From an uncultured Gemmatimonadaceae bacterium (GTDB taxonomy: Bacteria > Gemmatimonadota > Gemmatimonadetes > Gemmatimonadales > Gemmatimonadaceae), in the NCBI GenBank assembly GCA_963817955.1, contig CAWFQK010000002.1, forward strand, positions 288,001 to 352,000: a DNA stretch of 64,000 nucleotides, given 5' to 3'. The notes under the pieces are model-generated. The model was given only the letters and a program-made list of their open reading frames with translations. It had not been told where the DNA came from and did no database searches. Below, piece by piece: positions 49,369 to 60,416 of this stretch. Positions within the stretch are counted from its first letter, which is position 1. Every line of letters starts with the position of its first letter. The translations under genes were made by a program, and so were the position numbers.

Positions 49369-49511
49369 CGTTTCTTCTCTCCATCAGTGTCACACGCCCC
49401 ATCGCCAGTGCAACCGCCGCAGTGGCCGGTGCAAGCGCTGTTTCTGGGACGCAGCATGGTGAACAACCCGAACAGGAACGCCGCGCCAATCACGCCCACG
49501 ATCACTGTCAT
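49365..49511 (-). CDS. 48-aa Cys-rich membrane microprotein (not in the ORF track)
   Basis: MTVIVGVIGAAFLFGLFTMLRPRNSACTGHCGGCTGDGACDTDGEKKR; ATGA overlaps with both rnfG and apbE. Confidence 0.75.
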   Translation of the reverse strand: MTVIVGVIGAAFLFGLFTMLRPRNSACTGHCGGCTGDGACDTDGEKKR

Positions 49512-50173
49512 GGCTTCGTCTCCTCATGATATGCGTCCATCAGCGGCTGCCAGCGCGCGATCGCGTTGTTCATGATCCGGATGACCGCGCGCGACGAGAT
49601 GGTGGCGCCGGTGATCATCACCACATCGTTGGGCCCGCTCTTGCCTCTGTCCTTCTTCACGCCATTCAGCGGCGCGACGGCGTTCACGAAACCGTTCACG
49701 AACGCACTATCCGTCTCGATCTTGTTGCCAAGACCCGGTGTCTCTTTGTTGCCGATCACTTTCATTGCGATCAGCTTGTGCGCCGACGCATCGTAGCCGA
49801 ACATTAGCGTTACGAGATCCTGAAATCCGTTCTCCGCTGCGTTGATCGCGAACCCGACGCGCTTCCCCGCCGCATCGTGACCGAGGTACACCTTCTCGAT
49901 GCCCTTTGGACTCGTTCCCGCCGGCAAGGTCTTCGACAGCTTGCCCCCGAGGAGATAGAGCGTGTCGTATGTTGGCGGCGCCTTGAGCACTTCCTTGATC
50001 GCCGCTTCCATGACTTCGCCCTGATGCTGCTCGATCTTCGGCAGCGTCGTCTGGTACGCGGTGGCGATCAGCAGACCTGCCATCGCGCCGGCTGTCGTCA
50101 TCATTGCCAACAGCTTCCACGAGCGAACATCCTTCGCCACGACGGGCGGGCCGCCACTCATCCCCATGCTCAT
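49508..50173 (-). CDS. rnfG: Rnf subunit G (FMN-binding)
   Basis: N-terminal TM, ETPGLG and the FMN attachment motif ITGATISS. Confidence 0.92.
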   Translation of the reverse strand: MSMGMSGGPPVVAKDVRSWKLLAMMTTAGAMAGLLIATAYQTTLPKIEQHQGEVMEAAIKEVLKAPPTYDTLYLLGGKLSKTLPAGTSPKGIEKVYLGHDAAGKRVGFAINAAENGFQDLVTLMFGYDASAHKLIAMKVIGNKETPGLGNKIETDSAFVNGFVNAVAPLNGVKKDRGKSGPNDVVMITGATISSRAVIRIMNNAIARWQPLMDAYHEETKP

Positions 50174-51189
50174 GCGGTCACCGCCTTCGCGGTACTCGTC
50201 CCGAACACCCGTGGCTGCGTTGCCTTGTTGATGAACGGCACGAGCGCGTTCATGAGCAGAATGGCGTACATCACGCCTTCAGGCAGACCGCCCCAGACGC
50301 GGATGATGACGACCAGCAGGCCAATGCCGAACCCGAACAGCCATTGTCCGGCGTTCGTCACGGGGCTCGTGACCATATCTGTGGCCATGAACACCGCGCC
50401 GAGCATCAGCCCGCCCGAGAACAGCATGAACGCCGGCGTCGGATACTTCGGGTTCGCCAGGTGCAGAATCGTCGCAAACACCGCCACGGTGGCGAAGATG
50501 CTCACCGGAGCCCGCCAGTTGAGATACCGCCGCCAGGCCAGATAGCCGCCGCAGAGCAGGATCAGAAGCGCCGACGTCTCGCCCAATGAGCCGCCGGTGT
50601 TGCCAACGAACATGTTGAAAATTGCCGTGCCCTTCGCCTCGAACTTCATGAGGCCGAGCGGTGTGGCGGCGGTGATGGCATCCGTGTGGGCGCTGATGAA
50701 CGGTAGCGCCAGGTTGTCGCCGCGCAGCGACCACCACTTCATGGCCCCACCCGCTGCTGGCCACGTCGTGATCGCCACCGGGAACGCTGCCTGAAGGAAC
50801 GCCCGCCCGAACAGCGCCGGGTTGAAGATGTTGTATCCCAGGCCGCCGAACAGCAGCTTGCCGAACCCGATGCCGAGCGCCCCGCCCATGAATGCCATCC
50901 ACATTGGCATCCCAGCGGGAAGCGTGAGCCCGAGCAGCATGCCGGTGATCGCCGCGGAACCGTCGCCCAGGGAGCCGCGGTTCCCCAGCAGTCGCTCGGC
51001 GACCACCGCGCCCGCCACGCCAGCACCGACGACGAGGAGCGCGCTCGGTCCAAAGAAATACGTCGCGATCGCCACCAGCGGCAGGAGACTGGCAACCACA
51101 TTCCACATGATGACCGGCGTGCTCACCGGTCCGCGAATGTGCGGCGATGCCGCAATGACGAGCCGCCGAGACGAAGGCACGATGCTCAT
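50170..51189 (-). CDS. rnfD: Rnf subunit D
   Basis: SPH, DGSA.ITG.LL.L.LP, FGGLG.N.FNPA, D.ITAATPL, GSLGETS and FMATD.VTSP. Confidence 0.93.
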   Translation of the reverse strand: MSIVPSSRRLVIAASPHIRGPVSTPVIMWNVVASLLPLVAIATYFFGPSALLVVGAGVAGAVVAERLLGNRGSLGDGSAAITGMLLGLTLPAGMPMWMAFMGGALGIGFGKLLFGGLGYNIFNPALFGRAFLQAAFPVAITTWPAAGGAMKWWSLRGDNLALPFISAHTDAITAATPLGLMKFEAKGTAIFNMFVGNTGGSLGETSALLILLCGGYLAWRRYLNWRAPVSIFATVAVFATILHLANPKYPTPAFMLFSGGLMLGAVFMATDMVTSPVTNAGQWLFGFGIGLLVVIIRVWGGLPEGVMYAILLMNALVPFINKATQPRVFGTSTAKAVTA

Positions 51190-52526
51190 ACCGCCGCCGC
51201 CTTGCGCTTGCGCAGCGCGGTCTTGCTCGCCTGGAACAGTTGCGCCAGCGGAATCTTCGATGGGCAGACGTACGAGCAGGATCCGCACAACATGCAATCG
51301 AGGAGATGCATCTTCTCCATCTCTTCATAACGCGACATTCGCGCGAGCTCCGCGAGCGCCGACGGATTGAGAAAAATTGGACAGGCGTCCATGCAACTGC
51401 CACAGCGAATGCATGGATACGACGCCGGCGGGATGGTCTGCGATTTCGTGAGCACCACCACGCCGGTCGTGCCTTTCACGATCGGAACGTCCACGTTGCT
51501 CTGCGCCAGGCCCATCATCGGCCCGCCAAAGACAATCTCCTCCGCGTCCTCGGTGAGTCCGCCACAAGCACGCAGCACATCGCCCAGCTTGGTGCCTACG
51601 GGAACCATGAGGTTCGCTGGACGCCGGATGCCGGGGCCAGTGACCGTCACGATGCGCTCGACAAGGGGGAGCCCCGTGTCGAAAATTTCGGCAATCGATG
51701 CGGCCGACCCGACGTTCTGGACCACGACGCCCAACGAGATCGGTAGCTTGCCCGACGCGACCTCGCGGCCGGTGACCGTCTTGATCAGCATCTTCTCGGC
51801 GCCCTGCGGATACTTCACCGTCAGCGGCAGCACGGTCACATCGATATCCGTGGGTCGCGTGCGCTCCAACGCCTCGATCGCGTCCGGTTTGTTTCGCTCC
51901 ACGCCAATGACTACGCGCTTGGCGCCCAGCACCCGCATCATGATGCGTGCACCGAGGTGCACGCGTTCCGGGTACTCCACCATGGTGCGGTGATCGGTGG
52001 TCAGATATGGCTCGCACTCGGCGCCGTTGAGAATGATCGTCTCAACGGTGAACTCACGCGGAGGCGCGAGCTTCACGTGTGTGGGAAACGCGGCACCACC
52101 AAGTCCCACCACGCCGCCGCTCTGCACGGCACGCACGATGTCCTCGTTGCCGAGGTCCTCCCAGTGCGGAACCATGCGCGGCCGTGGCACCTGCGCCGAG
52201 AAGGGCGCAACGGCAATGCGAACGGCCGTGTCGACGCTGCCGTCGGGATGCGGCCACAATCCAACGCTCACCACACGGCCAGTGGCCGACGCGTGCACCG
52301 GCGCGGAAACGAAACCATCGGCTTCACCGATGACGTCGCCGCGCACCACGTAATCGCCGACGCGCACGACGAGTTTCGCCGGCTTGCCGGCGTGCTGCCG
52401 CAGCGGCAGCACGACTTCGCTCGGGAACGGCATCCGACGAATCGGAAGCGACGCCGTGGCGTCCTTCGTTGCCGGCGGATGAACGCCGTGTGAGAATCCG
52501 AGCGAGCGGAGACTAAAAACACTCAT
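51186..52526 (-). CDS. rnfC: Rnf subunit C
   Basis: GVHP, QH.G.PA, G.VGLGGA.FPT.VK, NGAECEPYLT.D, YPQG.EK, CIRCG.C..ACP and C..CGSC.YVCPS. Confidence 0.95.
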   Translation of the reverse strand: MSVFSLRSLGFSHGVHPPATKDATASLPIRRMPFPSEVVLPLRQHAGKPAKLVVRVGDYVVRGDVIGEADGFVSAPVHASATGRVVSVGLWPHPDGSVDTAVRIAVAPFSAQVPRPRMVPHWEDLGNEDIVRAVQSGGVVGLGGAAFPTHVKLAPPREFTVETIILNGAECEPYLTTDHRTMVEYPERVHLGARIMMRVLGAKRVVIGVERNKPDAIEALERTRPTDIDVTVLPLTVKYPQGAEKMLIKTVTGREVASGKLPISLGVVVQNVGSAASIAEIFDTGLPLVERIVTVTGPGIRRPANLMVPVGTKLGDVLRACGGLTEDAEEIVFGGPMMGLAQSNVDVPIVKGTTGVVVLTKSQTIPPASYPCIRCGSCMDACPIFLNPSALAELARMSRYEEMEKMHLLDCMLCGSCSYVCPSKIPLAQLFQASKTALRKRKAAAV

Positions 52527-52533
52527 TGATCGC

Positions 52534-55500
52534 TCAGTTGAAGGGCTCGGCGCGCTTGACCCACTTGGCGAGGTCTTTCTCCTTGGGGTTTCGCGGCGTA
52601 CCCGGGTGAATGATGCTCACAGGGCACCGTTCGGCGGCAGTGACCAACTGCTGGAACGTGCCGGCGGTTGGATCCTTCACCATGGCCTGTTTGCTGGCAT
52701 TGTAGCCGAACAGTTTTCCGTTCAGGTTGGTGCACTCGTTGCACGACGTGCAGCGATCTGACTCGATGTACGGATCCATCGAAAGTCCATCGGCCTCAGC
52801 GGCAGCGCTCGTCGGGGCGGCGACCACGACGGGTACTGGCGCCGTCATAACGGCGGCAGGCTTGGGCGCAACGAGCGTGGCCACCGGTGCCAGTGCCTCA
52901 ACGGCGAGGTCTGGCACGTGCGCCGCCGACTTACCGTTGCCGGTTGGTGACGCCGGCGCATGCACCGACGGCTCCTTCAGCAGCTCGTCGAACGACTTGC
53001 CTGCCCCGCGAGTCAGGAGCACATCTGCCATGCGCTTGGCCAACGCACGCGGATACGACACTCGCATGTCGGCAAGCTTGGCTTCGTAGTCGGCCTTGAG
53101 TGCGGCGATCTTCAGTTCGAATTGTGCTTCCACGTCACTGACGAGGCGATCGCGCACGGTCTTGGACGGCTCCAATCCCGCCAACTCCTTGAGCTGACCA
53201 AAGAACTGCTGCCGCTCCTCGGCGAGACGCGCGATTTCGATCGATACGGAGAGGCGAGCGAGATGCTTGCCGGCATCGATCGTGAGGATGTACGCCGTTT
53301 TGCCATCGCGGTCCTCGGTCGACAAGTCCAGGAACTCATGGAACGGGACCATGTCCTCATTCCATTGCTCGGCCGGTACGGGCTTGAAGTGCTTCTTGAA
53401 CCGTGCCTCGGTGGCTGCCCAGTCCGCGATCGTCAACGGCAGCGTCATCTGCTGCGGCTGCTCGGCCTCGTCGAGATAGTGGAGCGCGTATTCCGGCCAG
53501 CGCTGATCGAGCGCCGGATTGCCGTCGAGGGTCAATGAGTCGGAGAGCAGCGGCCCGGCATCGGGGTCGAACGTCATGAACGGGAAGGCACGCGATTCGA
53601 GCGCCAACCGTGCAGCCCGCACCGCCGAGTCGTCGGCGAGTCCGTGTTCCACCGGACAGGGCGTGTAGATGTTGAAGATGGCTGGCCGGCGTTTCTGCAG
53701 CCCGCGGAGCACCCCGCTCACGAGATGCGACGCGGAGGCTTGCGAGGATTGGTGCACGTATACACCGCGGTGCGCAATGGCGATGAGCGCCATCTCCTTG
53801 CGCACTTCGGTCTTGCCGTGCTGCGCGCGGCCGTAGGCCGCCATGTCCGACACCTGGCCGGTGAACCCGCTCGTGCAAGCTTGACCACCGGTGTTCGAAT
53901 ACACCTGCGTGTCGAGCACGATCACACGAATCGGCTTTCCAGAGGCCATCAGTCGAGAGAGGTTCTGGAATCCGATGTCGAGCATGGCACCATCGCCGCC
54001 CATTGCGACGATCGGCGGACAGAGGTCGAACTCGTCGTCAGTGAAGTGTTTCCAGTCGAGCGCAGCCAGCTCGGCCTCGTGCTGCGCCGCATCGTACTCG
54101 CCCGATGCCAGCAGCGCTGCACGACGCACAGCAATGAAGTTGTCCTCCATCTTGCGCATGTGGCCTTCGAACAGGCCAATCGCGAGCGACGGGGAGTCCT
54201 GGAAGAGGTGGTTCGCCCACGGGAAGGGATACGGGTTGTACGGGTACGTGCTCGCCCACACCGATGAGCAGCCCGTGCTGTTCGCCATTCCCATCAGGGC
54301 CCGGCCATTTCCACTCGGGCCTTCGGTGTAGCGCCACCGCAGGTCCTCCATCGCCCGCAAACTCTTGGTCAGACGCTCCACACTTTCTCGCTTGGCGGCG
54401 TCGATCGGGACCGGCATGGACCCGTTCCGTGCCGATGACGCGGCATCGAGATCGGCGTTCGAGGCCACGAGCACGCGCGCTTTTGCATCGAGCGTCGAGA
54501 TCAATTCGTCCAGGCGCGCAACGAACCGCTGGACCCGCGGACCCATCAGTCCATGGATGGCGGAGATCACGAGATGCACCGCGGTCTTCTCGCCGCAGCC
54601 CATACAGGCGCCATCGCCACCGACCATGGAGCGATAGGCCTCCTTCTTGAGCAGCAGCGTGGACAACACGCCAACGCCTTCGTCAATGTCGCGCACCGCC
54701 AGGAACCGGTCAGGCGTGTCCGGCAGCTTCTGCCAGAGCGCCCAATTGTGGCGCAGGCGCTTCACCACTGCGGGCTCCTGCTTCACCGTCACCAGGGCGC
54801 CGTCGGGACACACGGCGACGCAGAGGTTGCATCCTTTGCAGGCCTCGGGGTCGATCGTAATCGACAGCAATCCGCCGGTTCCAGCCTGCTTCGCTTCTGG
54901 GTTGCCGAAGAAAGCGGCGGTCTTGGCGACGGGGAAATCGGCGATCGTCGCTCGCAGCCGCGCAAAGTCGTCGGCCAGCGCGCTGCGCTTGTCGGCGTCC
55001 CAATTCAACTTCGCGACAACGTTTTGGTACGCCGTATCGAGCGTCGCGTCGAACGAGACGAAGGGTTCCATCTTCATCAGGCGACGCACTTCGGTAGCGA
55101 GATGCTTGGAGACCTGCTTCGCGCGATCGAGCGGACGCCCGTTCGCCGCAACCGCGAGTCCCACCTCGATGAGCTGATCGATCTCGGTCACGAGACCCGG
55201 AATCGCTGAATCCGGACACTGTGTCCAGCACTGGCTGCATCCCGTGCAGTTGCTCGCGATGAACTGCGGCACCTCGAGACGAACATCGGTCATGTCGCGC
55301 ACGACGCCGGTAACGGCGGGAATGGCGCTGATCGCGGCGAACGGGTCGGCAATGCCGTCGCTGCCGGTCTTATTGAGGAAGCAGACTTGTTCCCAGAAAC
55401 GTCCCTGGTTCGCGACTCCCTGGGCGGCATCCCGACAATCGAGCAGATCGGGAATGGTGGGGACGTCCGACTGTTCCGCTTCACCCAACGGCATCTTGGA

Positions 55501-57616
55501 GCAGTCCACGGCGCGTACTTCGTGGTAGCCGCGTTCGATCACGCGCAAATTGTCGGCGACGACACGATCGCCCAGTTTACTGAACTTCTTCGCGAGCTGC
55601 ACCTTGATACCCGCGAACAGCTTTGCTTCGTCGAAGCCTTCGCGCTCGGCGAGCGGAGAGACAGCGAAGAATGCGCCCATGAACGCCGCGCCCTGCATGC
55701 GATAGCGCAGCTCGACATCCGACGCCTCGGCGCCGGCAATGGCAAATCCATCGAGCAGGACAAGGCGAATCTTGCGATCGCGCAGCTCACGCCGCGCCCA
55801 TTGCGGGATCGACGTCCAGAACGCCTCGGCCGATGCGTCGCTCTGAATCACGAAAGCACCACCGTCGGCGAGTCCGGCGAGCGGATTCGAATGCCGGAAC
55901 ACGTTGGGATCGGGCGACAACGAAACGTCCACGTGCGTCAACTCGCAGTTGAGCCGATTCGGCTCGTGCGAGAAGGTGGCGTAGAACGTCGTCGGCTGGC
56001 CCTTCTTCTCCGAGCCGTACTTGGGATTCGCCTTCACGCTCAGGTGCATCAGGTCGAATACCGTACCAGCCAGATTCTTTCCCATCGTGATCGCGCCCCA
56101 TCCACCAACGGAATGGATGCGCACGGCGACGGAGTCCTTTGGCAGCAAGTTGACGTCGCCCGCCCTGGGCAGCGACAGCTCGGCGAGGTGCGGATAGCCG
56201 TCCTGCAGTTGCTGCTGGAGGATCTCGAGCTTTGGGAGCTTGGTGTTCGGACGGATGAAGTCGATGCCCAGGTAGAACTGCCGGCGGCGGTCACCGGCCT
56301 CCAGCATGTTGTTGACGGCAGCGATGATGTCGCCAGGCTGAAGATCGCGGCTGCCAAGTCCGAAACAGCCGGAGTAGAACTCTGGCATTTCCTGCGGCTG
56401 CACCGCGGCAAGGCCGGCATGCGGTACGGCGGCCTTCGCTCCAGCGCGTCCGTTCTCCATGCCCTGCGTCATGGCGGCGCGCATCTCCCGCAGTAACGGC
56501 GGGTCGATGGCGAGCGGCTGATCGAGGCGTTCGAGCACGGTGACCCCGCGCTTGCCGCGCAGCAGTCGTGTCACGAGATCGGCAGGGAACGGCCGGAACA
56601 TCGTGAAGTTGAGCACGCCAATGCGCAGACCCTTCGTCTCGCGCAGGTAATCGGCAACCGCTTCGGCGTTGCTGATCACTGAGCCCTGTCCGGCGAGCAC
56701 GTATTCCGCGTCGTCCAGACGATAGCCCTCGACGCGCGCGTAGTGACGGCCGGTGAGACGCTCGAATTCCTCGAAGGCCTGATCGGCGAGCCCAGCGATG
56801 TGGTCGAAATAGAATGGACGCTGCGCGGCGACGCCTTGCGCATAGCTGTCCTGATTCTGCACCACGCCCAGCATGGCGGGGTAGTCAAAGTCGAACATCT
56901 CGGGGATCGCGGCGCCGCTGCTCGCCGAACACCAGGCGTTGCGCAGCGGTGGGAGATTGAATGATGTCCGCCGGATCCCCCAGAAATGCCTTCACGAGTT
57001 CGCGCTCAGGCAACAGCAGCGACTCGATGACGTGGCTCGTCAGAAATCCATCTTGCGCACAGATGCCAGGGTTGAGCGACAGTTCGGCAACGCGATGCGC
57101 AATGAGATTGAGGTCGGCGCCCTGCTGGACGTCCTTGGCGAAGAGCTGGAAGAACCCCGTGTCATCGACGGCGTGATAATCGTCGTGGCCGGCATGCACG
57201 TTCAGCGCATGCTTCGTCATGGCACGCGCCGCAACGTTCAACACATAGGTCAACCGCTTGCCGACGGCCGCGTACAGCGACTCGTGCATGTAGGCGATTC
57301 CCTGCCCACTCGAGAAGTTCGCGGCACGCAGGCCCATCATGCTCATACCCGTGGTGACCGCGGCAGCAGCGTGTTCACCCTCGGGTTCGAAAAACAACAA
57401 CCGCCGGCCGTTCACGTTCGTTCGCCCTTCGGCTACCGCTTGTGCCCATCCCTCGCCCATTTGCGTAGACGGCGTGATGGGATAGGCACCGGCAGCTTCA
57501 CTCGCCGCGGTCTCCATCGCGACGACGGCAGTGCTGCCGTCCATCGCCTGACGGACACCGGGGAACGGAGGAGGCGTCTCGATCTTCGGCGCGGCGGATT
57601 TCGACCAGAACTTCAT
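52534..57616 (-). CDS. Homodimeric-type pyruvate:ferredoxin/flavodoxin oxidoreductase (NifJ-like) with an extra C-terminal ferredoxin domain; split by one frameshift at ~56905-56915
   Basis: YPITPS in the 5' part. The 3' part has CTGCSQC..QCP, CKGCNLC..VCP, GACMGCGE, NSTGCSSVW, GGDG..LDIGF and LDTQVYSNTGGQ. The join should read ...QRRRIPEMFDFDYP. Confidence 0.88.
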
Positions 57617-58479
57617 GCGCGTGCACTCCCGGTTAACGCCGGCACGCCAGGCACTGCCGGGCGGCTGGCAAACTGCGCTCCGTCGACCCAAACGATCGCG
57701 CCCGTGGGGCAGCGCCGAATAGCCGACGAGTTGGCGGATTCATTCATTTCGTAATGCACCTTGGCCGCGCCACGCTCGATGGTGATGAGCCCCGGCGCAG
57801 CGTCGAGCACACACCTGCCGCACGCCGTACAGGCCACCGCACAGGACGCGAGCGCGTCATCTCCCTCGATCTGGCTGCGGCACTGCACGAGCAGCCGTTG
57901 ATCGAGCGGAATGATCTCGAACAGGTTCTTGGGACAGGCGTCGACGCAATCACCACACGCCGTGCAGAGATTGACGTCCACCACCGGAAGCCCAACCGCG
58001 CTCATGGTGATGGCGCCGAACGAGCACGAGGCGCCGCAATCAGCCAAACCGAGGCACCCCCACGCACATCCCTTCCCACCGCCGGCGACCGAGGCCGCCG
58101 CACTGCAGGTCTGCAATCCGCGATACTCCGCCTGTACGGTGGTGACATTGCTGCCACCGGCGCAGAGCAATCGCGCCACTCGCTTATTCGCTGCGCCCTT
58201 GTCGACGCCGAGGTATTCGGCGATCGCCGTCGCCCCTTCGTCGTTCAGGACGTTGCACCCTGCCGGATTCACGACGCCGGCTACGGCCTGTTCGGCGAAC
58301 CCGCGGCAGCCGGGGAAACCGCATGCGCCGCAGTTCGCACCCGGCAGCATCGACACGACCATGTCGATGCGCGGGTCTTCGTTCACGCGCAGCTTCCAGT
58401 ACGCCAGCGCGATAATGACGGCGAACACCAACCCGACCCCGCCAAGGATCTCGACCGACCCAATGAGTTGCTGCAACAT
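57613..58479 (-). CDS. rnfB: Rnf subunit B
   Basis: N-terminal TM, LPGANCGACGFPGC..FA and multiple ferredoxin CxxCxxC motifs. Confidence 0.93.
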   Translation of the reverse strand: MLQQLIGSVEILGGVGLVFAVIIALAYWKLRVNEDPRIDMVVSMLPGANCGACGFPGCRGFAEQAVAGVVNPAGCNVLNDEGATAIAEYLGVDKGAANKRVARLLCAGGSNVTTVQAEYRGLQTCSAAASVAGGGKGCAWGCLGLADCGASCSFGAITMSAVGLPVVDVNLCTACGDCVDACPKNLFEIIPLDQRLLVQCRSQIEGDDALASCAVACTACGRCVLDAAPGLITIERGAAKVHYEMNESANSSAIRRCPTGAIVWVDGAQFASRPAVPGVPALTGSARA

Positions 58480-58483
58480 TGGA

Positions 58484-59470
58484 TCAGTTCACGCCATCAA
58501 TGCCACTCTGAGCGAGCAGCCAGGAGGCGAGGCGATCCGCTGGATCGCCGCTTCCTGCGGGAACGAACCCGTCCACTGGCGTCGAGTTGATTGACGGCCG
58601 TTCGGCCAATGCTTCGAGCTGCCGCAGCTCATCACGCAGCTGCGCAGGGCTGCACCCGGCGATCGAACGACGTGGATCCGCCGCCGGCCGGTGCCAGACA
58701 TTCAGGCGCTGCCATGGTGCGCGGCCGCGCTCGGGATCGTGGAGGAAACACGCTGCGTCGTCGGAAACCAGGGCAGCGATCGCGGGGCCACTGTACGCTG
58801 CAAACCGGTCGAGTCCGGTGGCGTCGTTCGTCTGCAGCACGAGGGTGTTCGGCGTAATCAACCGCACCAGTGACGCCGGCGGACAGGCGCCGCGGACGAC
58901 GAGCACGATATGCATGTCGCCATCGAGCAGGTGGGCGAGGGTGCCGGCGTGCAGATCGGCGCCATCGAGCGTAACGACGATCGGCGGCGCCTGCCGCCGT
59001 TCCTCTGTCGTCCAGCGATCAAACCCCCAAGCTTCCGCGAGGGAATCGTGCTGGGCGGCACGATAGCGCTCGGTGCGCACCAGATCCGCTGCCGTCACCG
59101 CACCGAATGCCCGGCCGAAACTGGACAGCGTGCTCTGAACAACTCTATCGAGCGCTTCGCCGGAGCGCAGCTCCGTCACGAAGCTCTCATCCGGTGTCGC
59201 GGTGATCTCGCGCAGGACGTCGGCCGCTTTGGCCAACCGTGCGCGCGCCGCAGCGTCAAAGGCCACACCGCGCGACAGGGTCGCGAAGCGCACCCCATCA
59301 ATGCGTCCGCTGGCGAATGCACCCAGCTCCAACGCCGCGCGCTCAGAGGTGGACGCCGAGGACATGACGCCCTCGACGCGCGCGAGAGAGCGGACGGCCG
59401 CTGACCGAAATACCGCCAGCGGCGTCTTGATGGACGCGAGTGCCCGCTGAACGCGTTCGTCAGACGGCAT
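58484..59470 (-). CDS. Hypothetical protein embedded in the oxidoreductase/rnf operon
   Basis: Coupled to both neighbours; no recognisable motif. Confidence 0.7.
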   Translation of the reverse strand: MPSDERVQRALASIKTPLAVFRSAAVRSLARVEGVMSSASTSERAALELGAFASGRIDGVRFATLSRGVAFDAAARARLAKAADVLREITATPDESFVTELRSGEALDRVVQSTLSSFGRAFGAVTAADLVRTERYRAAQHDSLAEAWGFDRWTTEERRQAPPIVVTLDGADLHAGTLAHLLDGDMHIVLVVRGACPPASLVRLITPNTLVLQTNDATGLDRFAAYSGPAIAALVSDDAACFLHDPERGRAPWQRLNVWHRPAADPRRSIAGCSPAQLRDELRQLEALAERPSINSTPVDGFVPAGSGDPADRLASWLLAQSGIDGVN

Positions 59471-60416
59471 ATTTGTCGAGCTCCGCGTTGAGAAGGGCCA
59501 TGCGCTCGGAGGAGGAAATCTTTCGCGGCCGACGGATTTCGTCGTACCGCGGACGGTTTTCGTCGCGGAAGAAGACGCCGAGCCGAATCTGGTCACTGGT
59601 TTCCGCCAGGCGACGCGCCGCGTCGATATCCGACGGATCGTGGGTGAGTCGGTGGCGATACACCTTGTCGAGATCGGGGACCGTAATCCCATCGTCGTGC
59701 ACGAGCAGCTCGGTGAGATTCGGATCCTTCACCGCCCGCTCATAGAGCGACGACGTGAACATGGGGCAGCGTTGCAGGACCCGCACGAAGCTCAATCCCT
59801 TGTGCTGGTACGCCGCCCGCAGCGTGGCGTAAAGATGTGCCGGAATCCACTCCGCCGTCTGCGCGACAAACGAGACGTTGGTTACCCCGAGCGTGGTCAC
59901 GAGCGGGTTGATCGGCGGCAAGTAACTGCCGGTGGGCTGCGTATTGGTCTTGAACCCCCGCGGCGTGGTAGGCGAGGTCTGTTTCTTGGTCAGCCCGTAG
60001 ATGCTGTTGTCGAGCAGCATCGCGACCATGTTCATGTTGTACCGGATGGCATGCACCCAGTGCGCTGCGCCGATCGACGTGCAGTCGCCGTCGCCCATGA
60101 CGACGAACACCTTGAGATCGGGGCGGTTCAGCTTGATGCCGGTGGCGACTGGGAATGCGCGGCCGTGAATGCCGTGAAAACCGTAGGTCTTCAGATAGTG
60201 CGGAAAACGACTCGAGCACCCGATGCCGGACACGAACATCGTCTGCTCGGGCTTGAGTTGTTCGGAAACAAGCAGCCGCTGTACGGCGGTGAGCACAGAA
60301 TGATCTCCGCACCCTGGGCACCAGCGCGCGGTGGGGCCTTCATAATCGCCGAGCGCAAATACCCGTTCGTCCTCGTCGAGCGGGCCGGCTGGCAAGAAGC
60401 TACAGCATTCGCTCAT
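59460..60416 (-). CDS. 2-oxoacid:ferredoxin oxidoreductase beta subunit (TPP-binding)
   Basis: WCPGCG, SGIGCS, HGRA, GDGD and NSIYGLTK.Q.SPT. Confidence 0.93.
   Translation of the reverse strand: MSECCSFLPAGPLDEDERVFALGDYEGPTARWCPGCGDHSVLTAVQRLLVSEQLKPEQTMFVSGIGCSSRFPHYLKTYGFHGIHGRAFPVATGIKLNRPDLKVFVVMGDGDCTSIGAAHWVHAIRYNMNMVAMLLDNSIYGLTKKQTSPTTPRGFKTNTQPTGSYLPPINPLVTTLGVTNVSFVAQTAEWIPAHLYATLRAAYQHKGLSFVRVLQRCPMFTSSLYERAVKDPNLTELLVHDDGITVPDLDKVYRHRLTHDPSDIDAARRLAETSDQIRLGVFFRDENRPRYDEIRRPRKISSSERMALLNAELDKYAV

Noticed and set aside
56885..56920. Programmed frameshift or true split in the PFOR gene
   Set aside because: No slippery heptamer is present. It is a single extra base in a GC-rich run, similar to the apbE lesion, so an assembly error is most likely. 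Needs a read check.
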